Shown here in pieces: positions 16,774 to 25,087 of a DNA stretch of 25,087 nt. Position 1 is the first letter of the stretch, and every line of letters begins with the position of its first letter. Below the pieces are notes generated by a model. It had not been told where the DNA came from. It did not search any database and saw only the letters and a list, made by a program, of their open reading frames with translations. A program made the translations under genes and the position numbers. This DNA comes from Bdellovibrio sp. (GTDB taxonomy: Bacteria; Bdellovibrionota; Bdellovibrionia; Bdellovibrionales; Bdellovibrionaceae), in contig JBKCUU010000081.1 of assembly GCA_046318155.1 (NCBI GenBank), positions 1-25,087 on the forward strand, in the 5' to 3' direction.

Positions 16774-16833
16774 AGTTTCACTTCATTTAATTTCACCCGC
16801 GACGTCGCGGGTGAAATTAAATGAAGTGAAACT
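16774..16833. repeat. Perfect 60-bp palindrome with no spacer
   Basis: AGTTTCACTTCATTTAATTTCACCCGCGAC|GTCGCGGGTGAAATTAAATGAAGTGAAACT; the 30-bp arms are exact reverse complements. Confidence 0.97.
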
Positions 16834-16908
16834 ATTTGCAATCCTACGCTGGTTTCTCGTGTTGATGCCTGCGCACAGATCTCTTCGAGCTTTGAGGTGC
16901 CTACGATT

Positions 16909-17928
16909 TCACAAGTAACTGACCGGACTCTGCACGCGAAGTTCATTGGATTTTGGTTCCATGCTCGCGGGTTTTTCGCACAAAACGCCGCGTGGGATTT
17001 CTTGCGCTTCTCCATGGCGGGAGAGCCAGGCAAAAAACTCGCGCTCGGGCCCTCGGCAAACCATTTGCCGAGCTTTGCCTTTATCGCGCATCAAATCTCC
17101 GACCGTTCGGATCGTGCCCGTGGTCACAGGGCGGGGACGACGACTTGCAACCAAGTAAGAGAAGGTCAAAGTCTGATTCTGAAACGGGAGGCGCTTCTCA
17201 ACGTCAAGCATCCACCCTGGCCGCTCAAAATGAATTCTGTCATGGCACCAGTCACTGGGGCTTTTTTCGAGCAAGGGGCAGCCGTCTTGGTGCGTACACG
17301 GGGCCCACATGTGGTAACCAGCTTGAATCAAGGTGCGGCGCAGTTCAAGCAAGCGCCGTGAGTCTTGCCGGGTTGAGGGCTCGATCAAAATCAAGTTTTG
17401 ATAATCAAAGAGCCAGTCGGGCGGCTCTTTCATTTCAGTCAGCGAGTAAGAAGCCGTGAGCAAATGACTGAACCCAGAATTGGGGCTCGGCTTCACTTCA
17501 AAATTGAGATTCATCGAACGGGCCAAACTCAAAGCATCACTTGAGCGCTCCACAACGGCGAATTCAAAATCTTGGTCGGGCACCTCGCTTTTAAGAGCGA
17601 GCTGAACGGGTGACAATCCAGAACCAAAATCAGTGACGGTTAGAATCGAATCAAAAAATCCCAGTCGGTGGGCCTCGCGGATCACACTCTGCGCACGCAT
17701 GAAATTGAGAGGAAGATAGTAAGCTAATTGCGCGATCTGGCACCAGCGCTGGCTCCAAGGCGTGGAGGCGAGGCCATCTTCAATATAAAAATCGCTCATG
17801 CGCTGGACGGCTTTGGCAATCTCACTCGTGCTTGAGAGAGAGAGCCCCAAGTTTTTTTGCAAGGTCAGATCCAACTGACGTTCGAGGCTCGCAGGAAGTG
17901 AGAACTTTCGCAAAACTACTTCAGACAT
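16909..17928 (-). CDS. Rsm22/METTL17-family small-ribosomal-subunit methyltransferase-like protein
   Basis: AYYLP, DFGSG, ASYSLTE, LIEPST, APCTHQDGCPL, DWCH and FSYLV motifs. Confidence 0.82.
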   Translation of the reverse strand: MSEVVLRKFSLPASLERQLDLTLQKNLGLSLSSTSEIAKAVQRMSDFYIEDGLASTPWSQRWCQIAQLAYYLPLNFMRAQSVIREAHRLGFFDSILTVTDFGSGLSPVQLALKSEVPDQDFEFAVVERSSDALSLARSMNLNFEVKPSPNSGFSHLLTASYSLTEMKEPPDWLFDYQNLILIEPSTRQDSRRLLELRRTLIQAGYHMWAPCTHQDGCPLLEKSPSDWCHDRIHFERPGWMLDVEKRLPFQNQTLTFSYLVASRRPRPVTTGTIRTVGDLMRDKGKARQMVCRGPEREFFAWLSRHGEAQEIPRGVLCEKPASMEPKSNELRVQSPVSYL

Positions 17929-18875
17929 GCCAGCACTTGCTCCACGGTAATTTCATTCATGCAGTTTTCGGATACTTGCTTGGGAACCAGAACATGAACG
18001 TGAGGTCCCCTGGGTCCCCAGCGTTGGGGATGATGAGCTTGAACCGGTGAATACAAGCCAACGGTTTTTACTCCTAGGCTGGCCGCTAAATGGACAACGC
18101 CTGTGCTCGGTGCCACGACGCCCGCTGAAAATTTGAGAACAAACAGAAGCTCTTCTAAGGTCAGCTGCGCTTGCAAGCTTTGCACTCGAGCATCTCCTGA
18201 AAAGTGGGACTTCAGCGGCGCGAGGTAAGGCTCATCCATCGATGTTCCGGTGAGAAGGACTTCTTTTTCGAGTTTGAGCTCTTCGATCAACTCAATGTAG
18301 CGGGAGCTGGGCCAATTCAGTGCCGAACCCGCCATCCCGGGATGCACGACATAGTAATGGCCATTGGTAAAACCGAAGCGTTCAAACAAATGGCGCAAAG
18401 GTTTTGTCGAGAGCTCCAGGGTAGGCGCCAGACGGTCAGGTGCTTGGGGCGCATTCAACGCTTTCAATACCAACTCTAAATTGTAAGTTGACTCATGTTT
18501 CTCACTAGCGCTGCGGCTTTGGCGCAGGCCTTCATTCAGAAAGACGTAACTGTGCCACTGACTCCGGCGGCCAAAGCGCCGGGCAACACCTTCACTCCAT
18601 AAAGTTTTTGAAACCCACCAGGGTCCATAAAACACGATGGCAAGGTCGGGCTTCTCGGCCTTTAAAAAAGCAGCGAGTTGGTTTTGTCCCTTTTGGCGGT
18701 CCTGCAGGCAAATTTCGGTCAAGTCTCGAGGGGGATTGGCGTTCTTAGCCAAAAAACCAAGTCCTTCGGCGATCACCCATTTGATTGTGTGATTTTGGAG
18801 CTCGGGGATTTGGTCCACCGGTAAGGTGGCCACCAAGTCCCCAATTTTATCCAACCGAATCAGGACAATCTTCAT
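17916..18875 (-). CDS. Glycosyltransferase family 9 (ADP-heptose:LPS heptosyltransferase-like)
   Basis: [19 protein letters not shown]...[15 protein letters not shown]...GLY...RWGP. Confidence 0.9.
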   Translation of the reverse strand: MKIVLIRLDKIGDLVATLPVDQIPELQNHTIKWVIAEGLGFLAKNANPPRDLTEICLQDRQKGQNQLAAFLKAEKPDLAIVFYGPWWVSKTLWSEGVARRFGRRSQWHSYVFLNEGLRQSRSASEKHESTYNLELVLKALNAPQAPDRLAPTLELSTKPLRHLFERFGFTNGHYYVVHPGMAGSALNWPSSRYIELIEELKLEKEVLLTGTSMDEPYLAPLKSHFSGDARVQSLQAQLTLEELLFVLKFSAGVVAPSTGVVHLAASLGVKTVGLYSPVQAHHPQRWGPRGPHVHVLVPKQVSENCMNEITVEQVLACLK

Positions 18876-21739
18876 GGGCCGCCACTGGCGGGTGCATTCT
18901 CGTAATCTTCAAGCGGAGGGCAGCTGCACACGATGTTGCGATCACCATAGGCATTGTCGACACGTCCAACCGTTGGCCAGTATTTGTGATTTTTAACCCA
19001 AGCCAGCGGGTAGGCTGCAACTTCTCGGGTGTAAGGAAGCGTCCACTCGCTGGCCGTCACAACCGGAAGCGTGTGAGGCGCTAGGCGAAGAGGATTTTTT
19101 TCGCCATCCATTTTGCCGTCTTCTACCGCTTTTATCTCTTCACGGATTTTGAGCATGGCTTCGATATAACGATCAATCTCGGCTTTCGATTCGCTTTCGG
19201 TCGGCTCGATCATGAGGGTGCCGGCAACGGGCCAGCTCATGGTCGGCGCGTGAAAACCATAATCCATCAAGCGTTTTGCCACATCGGTGACGTCAATGCC
19301 CGAGCTTTTTTTAATGCCGCGAAGATCAATGATGCACTCGTGAGCGACCATACCTTCTTTGCCTTTGTACAAAACCGGAAACGCGGGGTTGAGTTTTTTA
19401 GCCATATAATTGGCATTCAGGATCGCGAGCAAGGTCGCGCGCTTCAGGCCCGGGTAACCCATCATTGTGATGTAAGACCACGAGATCGGCAAAATGCTGG
19501 CCGAGCCGTAAGGGGCCGAGGTCACATGTTTTTGCAGGTGCGGAACGAGGTGAGCGCCGACGCCGATGGGACCGATACCAGGTCCGCCGCCGCCGTGAGG
19601 GATCGAAAATGTTTTATGCAAATTCATGTGCGAAACATCCGGACCAAACTCGCCAGGACGGCACAAGCCAACGATCGCATTGAGGTTGGCGCCATCCATA
19701 TAAACCTGACCGCCGTGATCGTGCACGATCTTGCAAATTTCGCGGATCGACTCTTCAAACACGCCGTGAGTCGAGGGGTAGGTGATCATCAAGCAGGCTA
19801 AATTGTCTTTGTGGAGTTCTGCCTTTTTTCGTAAGTCCGCCACATCGACGTTGCCTTGATCATCGCAAGACGTGACTACAACATCCATTCCGGCCATGAC
19901 CGCCGAAGCGGGGTTGGTTCCGTGGGCAGAGCTTGGAATCAGGCAGATCTTGCGGTGTCCTTGTTTTTGCGCCAAATGGTAAGCGCGAATGGCCAGAAGG
20001 CCCGCGTACTCGCCCTGGGCGCCCGAGTTGGGTGCCAACTGAACGCCAGCAAAACCGGTGATCTCGCAAAGCTTCTCTTCCAAATCTTTGATCAAATCTT
20101 GGTAGCCCATCATTTGATTGGCGGGTGCAAATGGATGAATCTTATGAACCTCGGGCCAAGACACGGGCAGCAGCTCGGTCGTGGCATTGAGTTTCATCGT
20201 GCAAGAGCCCAGCGGGATCATCGAGTGGGTCAACGTGAGATCCTTGTTTTGCAGCGTATGAATGTAGCGAAGCATTTCGCTTTCGGAGTGGTACCGATTA
20301 AAAATCGGATGCGTGAGATACTTTGATGAACGCTTAAACGGTGAATCAATCAAAAGTTCACGCACACGGGCGTGCAAATCATTGGCTGAGAAATCAGGTT
20401 TTTTGCCGAAGTTAAACGCGGTCCAAATCTCTTCAACGCAAGTGGGCCCCGTCGTTTCGTTAAACGACAGCGTCAGCTCGGTCGCCGATTTTTGGCGGAA
20501 GTTCAGTTTGATACTGGCCGCGGCTTTCATGATGTCGGCGGCTTTGTCGGTTTCGATCCAGATCGTATCAAAGAAATTTTTCTCGGACCGAACTTTAAAG
20601 CCCATGTCTTTAAGGCCCATGGCCGCCAGTTGCGCGTACGCATGAATGCGGGTGGCGATATTTTTAAGACCTTCAGGCCCGTGGTAGACGGCATACATCG
20701 AAGCCATGTTGGCGAGCAGCACCTGTGCCGTGCAAATGTTGCTGGTCGCTTTTTCGCGGCGGATGTGTTGCTCACGTGTTTGCAACGTCAAACGCAAGGC
20801 GCGTTTACCGTTACTGTCGATCGAAACACCGACCAGGCGTCCAGGTAAAAGTCGCTTAAAGGCATCTTTAGTTGCTAAGAACGCCGCGTGAGGGCCACCA
20901 TTACCAAGCGGAACTCCAAAGCGCTGCGTGTTGCCGACAACCATATCGGCGCCCCACTCACCCGGGGGCGTGAGCAACGTCAGTGACATGAGGTCAACGT
21001 CAGCCACCATGAAGGCGCCTTTGTCATGCGCTTTGTCGGCCAGTGCTTTGTAATCGTGAATGGCGCCATTGGTGTCAGGGTACGAAACAAAAACGGCAAA
21101 CAAGGGCTGGGACCAATCGTAGCTGAACACATCTTGCAAGAGCATCGTCAAACCCAAAGGCTCGGCGCGAACGCGTAAGCACTCGATCACATGCGCGTGC
21201 ATGTCAGGTGACACTAAGAAGTGCGTCGCCTTGTTTTTTGCCAAGGCGTGAGTCATCGCCATGGCTTCGGCGGCGGCTGTTCCTTCATCAAGCAGAGACG
21301 CGTTCGAAATCTCCATGCCGGTGAGGTCTGTCACCATCGTTTGAAAATTTAAGAGCGCTTCAAGGCGCCCTTGCGCAATCTCGGGCTGGTAAGGCGTGTA
21401 GGCTGTGTACCAAACGGGATTCTCGAAGACGTTACGCAAAATCACACTCGGCGTGAGCGTGTCATGAAAGCCCAAACCGATGTAGGATTTGAAGACTTCG
21501 TTTTTTGACATCATTTTTTTGAGTCGGTTCAGCGTGTGTTGCTCCGACAAGCCTTCGCCCAGTTTTGCAAAGGGCGAGGTGCTGCGGATATCACGAGGGA
21601 TGACCTTCAAGGCCATCTCATCAAGAGTCGAAAAGCCCAGCTCTTGGAGCATGGCTTTTTCTTCCTGAAGTGACGGGCCGTTGTGGCGTTTTTCGAATTC
21701 GGAACTGGTTTTAAATACAGACGAGAATTCTGTCGACAT
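18872..21739 (-). CDS. gcvP: Glycine dehydrogenase (decarboxylating), P protein
   Basis: [38 protein letters not shown] and the PLP-lysine motif HMNLHKTF; start assigned to ATG 21739 (MSTEF), which follows GGGAG. Confidence 0.97.
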   Translation of the reverse strand: MSTEFSSVFKTSSEFEKRHNGPSLQEEKAMLQELGFSTLDEMALKVIPRDIRSTSPFAKLGEGLSEQHTLNRLKKMMSKNEVFKSYIGLGFHDTLTPSVILRNVFENPVWYTAYTPYQPEIAQGRLEALLNFQTMVTDLTGMEISNASLLDEGTAAAEAMAMTHALAKNKATHFLVSPDMHAHVIECLRVRAEPLGLTMLLQDVFSYDWSQPLFAVFVSYPDTNGAIHDYKALADKAHDKGAFMVADVDLMSLTLLTPPGEWGADMVVGNTQRFGVPLGNGGPHAAFLATKDAFKRLLPGRLVGVSIDSNGKRALRLTLQTREQHIRREKATSNICTAQVLLANMASMYAVYHGPEGLKNIATRIHAYAQLAAMGLKDMGFKVRSEKNFFDTIWIETDKAADIMKAAASIKLNFRQKSATELTLSFNETTGPTCVEEIWTAFNFGKKPDFSANDLHARVRELLIDSPFKRSSKYLTHPIFNRYHSESEMLRYIHTLQNKDLTLTHSMIPLGSCTMKLNATTELLPVSWPEVHKIHPFAPANQMMGYQDLIKDLEEKLCEITGFAGVQLAPNSGAQGEYAGLLAIRAYHLAQKQGHRKICLIPSSAHGTNPASAVMAGMDVVVTSCDDQGNVDVADLRKKAELHKDNLACLMITYPSTHGVFEESIREICKIVHDHGGQVYMDGANLNAIVGLCRPGEFGPDVSHMNLHKTFSIPHGGGGPGIGPIGVGAHLVPHLQKHVTSAPYGSASILPISWSYITMMGYPGLKRATLLAILNANYMAKKLNPAFPVLYKGKEGMVAHECIIDLRGIKKSSGIDVTDVAKRLMDYGFHAPTMSWPVAGTLMIEPTESESKAEIDRYIEAMLKIREEIKAVEDGKMDGEKNPLRLAPHTLPVVTASEWTLPYTREVAAYPLAWVKNHKYWPTVGRVDNAYGDRNIVCSCPPLEDYENAPASGGP

Positions 21740-21832
21740 AGGGACTCCCGATTGTTGGATCAGACCCCCAGATTTAGCACAAGATTTTGTGAAGAAGCTA
21801 TCCAAAATCCCCTGGGAAGGGGCGTAGGGCCA

Positions 21833-21855
21833 GGGGTGCGGCGTCACCACACCCC
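21833..21855 (-). other. GC-rich stem-loop between the Lys-rich gene and gcvP
   Basis: Minus strand GGGGTGTGG-tgacg-CCGCACCCC, 11 nt after the upstream stop codon; no U-tract. Confidence 0.5.
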
Positions 21856-21866
21856 ATCAAGAACAA

Positions 21867-22235
21867 TTAGGCCTTTTTAGAGGCTTTTTTCTTCGAAGTC
21901 GTCGCCTTTTTGCTCGTTTTGCGAGCGGTCTTTTTGGCTTTACCTTTGATCGCTGCTTCTAGACGCTTCTCTGCATCCTTCGCGGTCTTTTTCACAACGG
22001 TGATCGTCTTTTGGATTTCTTTTTCCAAAGACTTCTGGCGCGATTCGAGGTCTTTCTTCAGCTTCGCCAAGCGAGTTTGAGTTTGTTTGAGCTTTTGCTC
22101 AACTTTGGGCTCAACTTTGCTGCGAACGCGTTCGAGTTCAACTTTCAGCTTGCTGATTTCTTCGGTTACCGCTGCCATCCCCTTGGGACCGCGAACGTCT
22201 TTAATGAGCTTGTTCAAATCGAGAGTGTAAGCCAT
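21867..22235 (-). CDS. Small coiled-coil protein with a Lys/Ala-rich (histone H1-like) tail
   Basis: ATG 22235 follows GGAGGAG; 122 aa ending KGKAKKTARKTSKKATTSKKKASKKA. Confidence 0.75.
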   Translation of the reverse strand: MAYTLDLNKLIKDVRGPKGMAAVTEEISKLKVELERVRSKVEPKVEQKLKQTQTRLAKLKKDLESRQKSLEKEIQKTITVVKKTAKDAEKRLEAAIKGKAKKTARKTSKKATTSKKKASKKA

Positions 22236-22354
22236 GGGCTCCTCCAAACATAAAGGTTTCTGACAGTTGTCGTTTAACACTGAGAGAGAGAGAAGGGAAG
22301 GCCCCGGTGTTTTTTTCACCATCAACACATCGTGAGATCCAAAATGGGTCCAAT

Positions 22355-23719
22355 CTAAAGTGTAAAGGTATACTTGTTGATTAACATTCCCGGCACTTTC
22401 TTACCACCCAAGCCGCGTCTGAAGTACGTATCGGTATTGGGCTCGATATGACTTTCTGACGTCAGAGCTTCGAGTTCGGCGCCAAAGATGCTCAACAAGC
22501 TGACGTCAAAACGCAGATCCTTGATCGGGGCGACGATCTCGCCATTTTCGACTAAAAAGCAGGCGTAGCGGGTCATCCCGGTGACCCGGGCGGTTTGCAA
22601 ATCACTCCAGTTGCAGTAATGCAAATTGCTTAAATAGAGCCCGTTTTTCAGCTGCTTAAGTGCATCTCGGGTCGCCAGTTGACCCGGTAAAACTTCAAGT
22701 GAACGAGGTGATTCTTCGCCCCAGGTGTTTGAATCTGCAAAATTGGATTCCGTGCCGTACTGCTGAGCCGAGCGCGTGCTGACCAAAAGTTGTTTGAGCT
22801 CACCTTGCTGGATCAGATTCACCTGGCGAGATGGGACCTCGCCCAAAGAGTTGAACGGCGTCGTCAGTCCAAGATCAAAGTTTTCTCGAAGCGAAAACAG
22901 GGGAGAGAGCTTCAGCTTTTGGTCGATCATTTTTGCAAATGCGCTTTGGCCCTTTTTATAGGCACCATAAGACAGGGCATTCCAGTCGAGCATCCCGATC
23001 AGTTCGGCGGCGGCGGCGGGCGCAAGGTAAACGCGGGTGTCGCCCGGTTTAAAATCACGGCTGGGTCTTTTCAGCATGGCCAATTGGTTTTTTGCAAACG
23101 TCAGGTTCGTCAAAAACTTCTCGGTCGACCACTCTTTGTCGGCATAAGTGCTTTTGACGGCTTTGTTTTCTTGGCTCTCGCTCACGGTAAAAAGCGAGTA
23201 GTCCAAAAAGAAGGAACGAGTTGAAAACCAATGTTCTTGGCCCTTGTTGTTCGCGTTGGCGCGAATTTGGGGGCCGGCCGTGAGTAAACCCGTGAAGTCC
23301 GTTCCCGTGGCTGATTTTTGTAGGGTCGTTAAAATCTCATCAAAATTAACTTCGCGCGAGTCTTCAATATTTTGACTGGTGCCGCGGTTTTCAAACGGTG
23401 TGGCGCCAGGATCCTCGGGCAAGATGTCAGTTTCGGCGCGGGCCCGAGCAACAAGGCTTTGGCACAGACGGGCGTCTTCTTCCAGGTGGCCGGTGAGATC
23501 CGTTTGCATCGTCAGGCGTTTTTGATTTTTTTGGAACACCAATTCAATTTGTCGTTGCTCAACTTCAGTATTTTGACGAACCCGCGCATTGTTGAGGCGG
23601 ACAAACAAGGTGTCTTCGGCGTTCAAGTTCAAATTGAGCTCTTCGCCTTCTTTGAGGTCATTAAACAAACGAGTTTTCAGTTCAGTAAATAGTTTTTTAG
23701 AATCTGCGGCAAAACTCAC
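22355..23719 (-). CDS. TldE/PmbA-family protein
   Basis: FVRLNNARVRQ, YLAPAA, LHYCNWSD...TGMTRYACFLVENGEIVAP...LRFD; lacks HExxxH; GTG start overlaps the tldD stop. Confidence 0.88.
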   Translation of the reverse strand: MSFAADSKKLFTELKTRLFNDLKEGEELNLNLNAEDTLFVRLNNARVRQNTEVEQRQIELVFQKNQKRLTMQTDLTGHLEEDARLCQSLVARARAETDILPEDPGATPFENRGTSQNIEDSREVNFDEILTTLQKSATGTDFTGLLTAGPQIRANANNKGQEHWFSTRSFFLDYSLFTVSESQENKAVKSTYADKEWSTEKFLTNLTFAKNQLAMLKRPSRDFKPGDTRVYLAPAAAAELIGMLDWNALSYGAYKKGQSAFAKMIDQKLKLSPLFSLRENFDLGLTTPFNSLGEVPSRQVNLIQQGELKQLLVSTRSAQQYGTESNFADSNTWGEESPRSLEVLPGQLATRDALKQLKNGLYLSNLHYCNWSDLQTARVTGMTRYACFLVENGEIVAPIKDLRFDVSLLSIFGAELEALTSESHIEPNTDTYFRRGLGGKKVPGMLINKYTFTL

Positions 23720-25087
23720 TGTCCACCTCCGAACACTTCAACTTGCGAGAAAAAACAGGGCGGCGACGAATGCCCCACGCGAATCACCTGGCTGGGTTCT
23801 CCCTTGCCGCAAAACGGAGAGCCGAATTGACCCACTTCTTGCGCATTACCAACGGCTTTGAGCGATCGCCAAAACGGGACGGTCACGCCACGGTAATTTG
23901 GATTTTTAACAACTTTGGTGAGCTTGCCATTTTCGATCCGGCGGCCATACTCGCAGCCGAACTGAAATTTATTGCGGTAGTCGTCAATAGACCATGAGCT
24001 ATTGGCTTCCATGTAAACGCCGTTTTCAATCGAACCGATCATGCTGTCCAGTGACTCGGTGCCGGGTTCAAGATTGATGTTGGCCATGCGGTCAATCGGC
24101 GCTCGGTTCCACGACGAGGACCTGAAGTTGGCAACCCCGGGGAGCTGCGAACGTTTTTGGCTTTCAAGAGATCCGAGGCCGCGCACCAGAATGCCTTTTT
24201 CAATAAGGTATTCGCGCCGAGCGGGATTTCCACAATCGTCAAAATTGTAGCTGGCAAATTCGCCTTTGGTTGTGGGATCAAAAGTCACATTCATGATTGA
24301 AGAGCCGTACTGGAGCTCACCAAAATCAGTGGGCTTAACAAAACTCCAGCCGGCGTAATTGCGCTCGTCGCCCAAGATTCGATCAAGCTCCAGTGGGTGC
24401 CCGATGGACTCGTGAATTTGTAGCAGCATCTGGTCGGGCGCTAAGATCAAATCCATTTTTCCAGTGGGGCAGTTTTCGGCGATCAAAAGCTCAAGCGCTT
24501 CACGGCCCACTTTTGTACATTCGGCCAATAAGAATTCACGGTCCAAAATTTCGGCGCCGCCTTGAATGCAGCGAGCGACAGGGCCATTCAACGAGCGTCG
24601 CTGAGTTTCTCCGCCTTTTTGCGCAGTTGCCATGAAGTTGGTGGTCCAGAGCATAAAGTCCTGCGAAAAATCGGTTCCGCTTGTGGACACGATATGCTGG
24701 TGAGTTTCGACAAACATCACATCGGCCGAGGCGCTCACGATTTCATCGGAGACTTTTAATGTTTTAGAGGCCTCGATCAAAAAACTGATAAACTCTTGCA
24801 AGGTCAATTGATCAGGAGATTTGAGCATGGGGCTTTGGTATTGACCAACGGCTTGGGGCCGCAGTTCGGGAGTAAAATTAAAGACCTTTGCGGTCGCCGC
24901 TTTTTTTGAAAGCTGAGCGGCGCGGTTGGCGGCGCGTTTAAGGCCGGTCTCTGTCAAGTCAGAGGTGCTCGCATACCCAAGATGCCCGTCGACCATGACT
25001 TCAATTTGCACGCCCCGTTCAAGACTATAATTTTGCGAATCCGGCTTTTGATTGCGAATGCTGCGGGACTGGTTGGCTTCTTGAACA
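23716..25087 (-). CDS. tldD: TldD-family metalloprotease; 5' end lies outside the window
   Basis: HESIGHPLELDR metal motif, PIDRMAN and C-terminal CGKGEP; the frame stays open to the window edge (VQEANQSRSIRNQKP...). Confidence 0.92.
   Translation of the reverse strand, partial: VQEANQSRSIRNQKPDSQNYSLERGVQIEVMVDGHLGYASTSDLTETGLKRAANRAAQLSKKAATAKVFNFTPELRPQAVGQYQSPMLKSPDQLTLQEFISFLIEASKTLKVSDEIVSASADVMFVETHQHIVSTSGTDFSQDFMLWTTNFMATAQKGGETQRRSLNGPVARCIQGGAEILDREFLLAECTKVGREALELLIAENCPTGKMDLILAPDQMLLQIHESIGHPLELDRILGDERNYAGWSFVKPTDFGELQYGSSIMNVTFDPTTKGEFASYNFDDCGNPARREYLIEKGILVRGLGSLESQKRSQLPGVANFRSSSWNRAPIDRMANINLEPGTESLDSMIGSIENGVYMEANSSWSIDDYRNKFQFGCEYGRRIENGKLTKVVKNPNYRGVTVPFWRSLKAVGNAQEVGQFGSPFCGKGEPSQVIRVGHSSPPCFFSQVEVFGGGQ

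Noticed and set aside
16774..16833. CRISPR array
   Set aside because: There are only two copies, inverted and with no spacer, and no cas genes in the window.
16639..17033. Small ORFs crossing the palindrome that share the peptide SLHLISPATSRVKLNEVKL on both strands
   Set aside because: The shared peptide is a direct consequence of the palindrome; there is no RBS or family signal.
21740..21866. Glycine riboswitch upstream of gcvP (also checked upstream of gcvT)
   Set aside because: There are no GGAGAG/CCGAAG/CTCTCAGG aptamer motifs, only a simple hairpin.
18785..24759. Many plus-strand ORFs opposite gcvP, tldE and tldD
   Set aside because: They are antisense shadows of well-supported genes, with no motifs of their own.

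Overview
Bacterial chromosomal segment, most likely from a Bdellovibrionota-type predator. This is inferred from gene content: an ExbB + 2xExbD (AglRQS-like) motor, a MAT-like fibre protein, a YkuD_2 L,D-transpeptidase, and sigma28 and sigma54 promoters. The left third (1-8.5 kb) holds envelope and surface genes: the motor, a long secreted coiled-coil/SH3 protein, an OM beta-barrel, a secreted hypothetical protein, an Ig-like lipoprotein + fibre operon and zrgA. The middle holds an AT-richer AraC / degenerate MBL-fold lipoprotein pair downstream of tRNA-Leu(UAG), gcvH-gcvT, the L,D-transpeptidase, an internally deleted tam pseudogene, a ~100-nt rod-like hairpin, a secreted hypothetical gene with an ISH6-like IS inserted 11 bp upstream of its start, and a perfect 60-bp spacerless palindrome. 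The right third is one minus-strand run: tldD (partial), tldE/pmbA, a Lys-rich protein, gcvP, a GT9 glycosyltransferase and an Rsm22-like methyltransferase. No CRISPR array, rRNA or prophage is visible. The most notable items are the 60-bp palindrome, the sigma28-driven lipoprotein/fibre module, the MBL lacking four His ligands, the IS that separates a gene from its putative promoter, and the strand-asymmetric hairpin. All calls come from motif reading by eye; no database searches were run.
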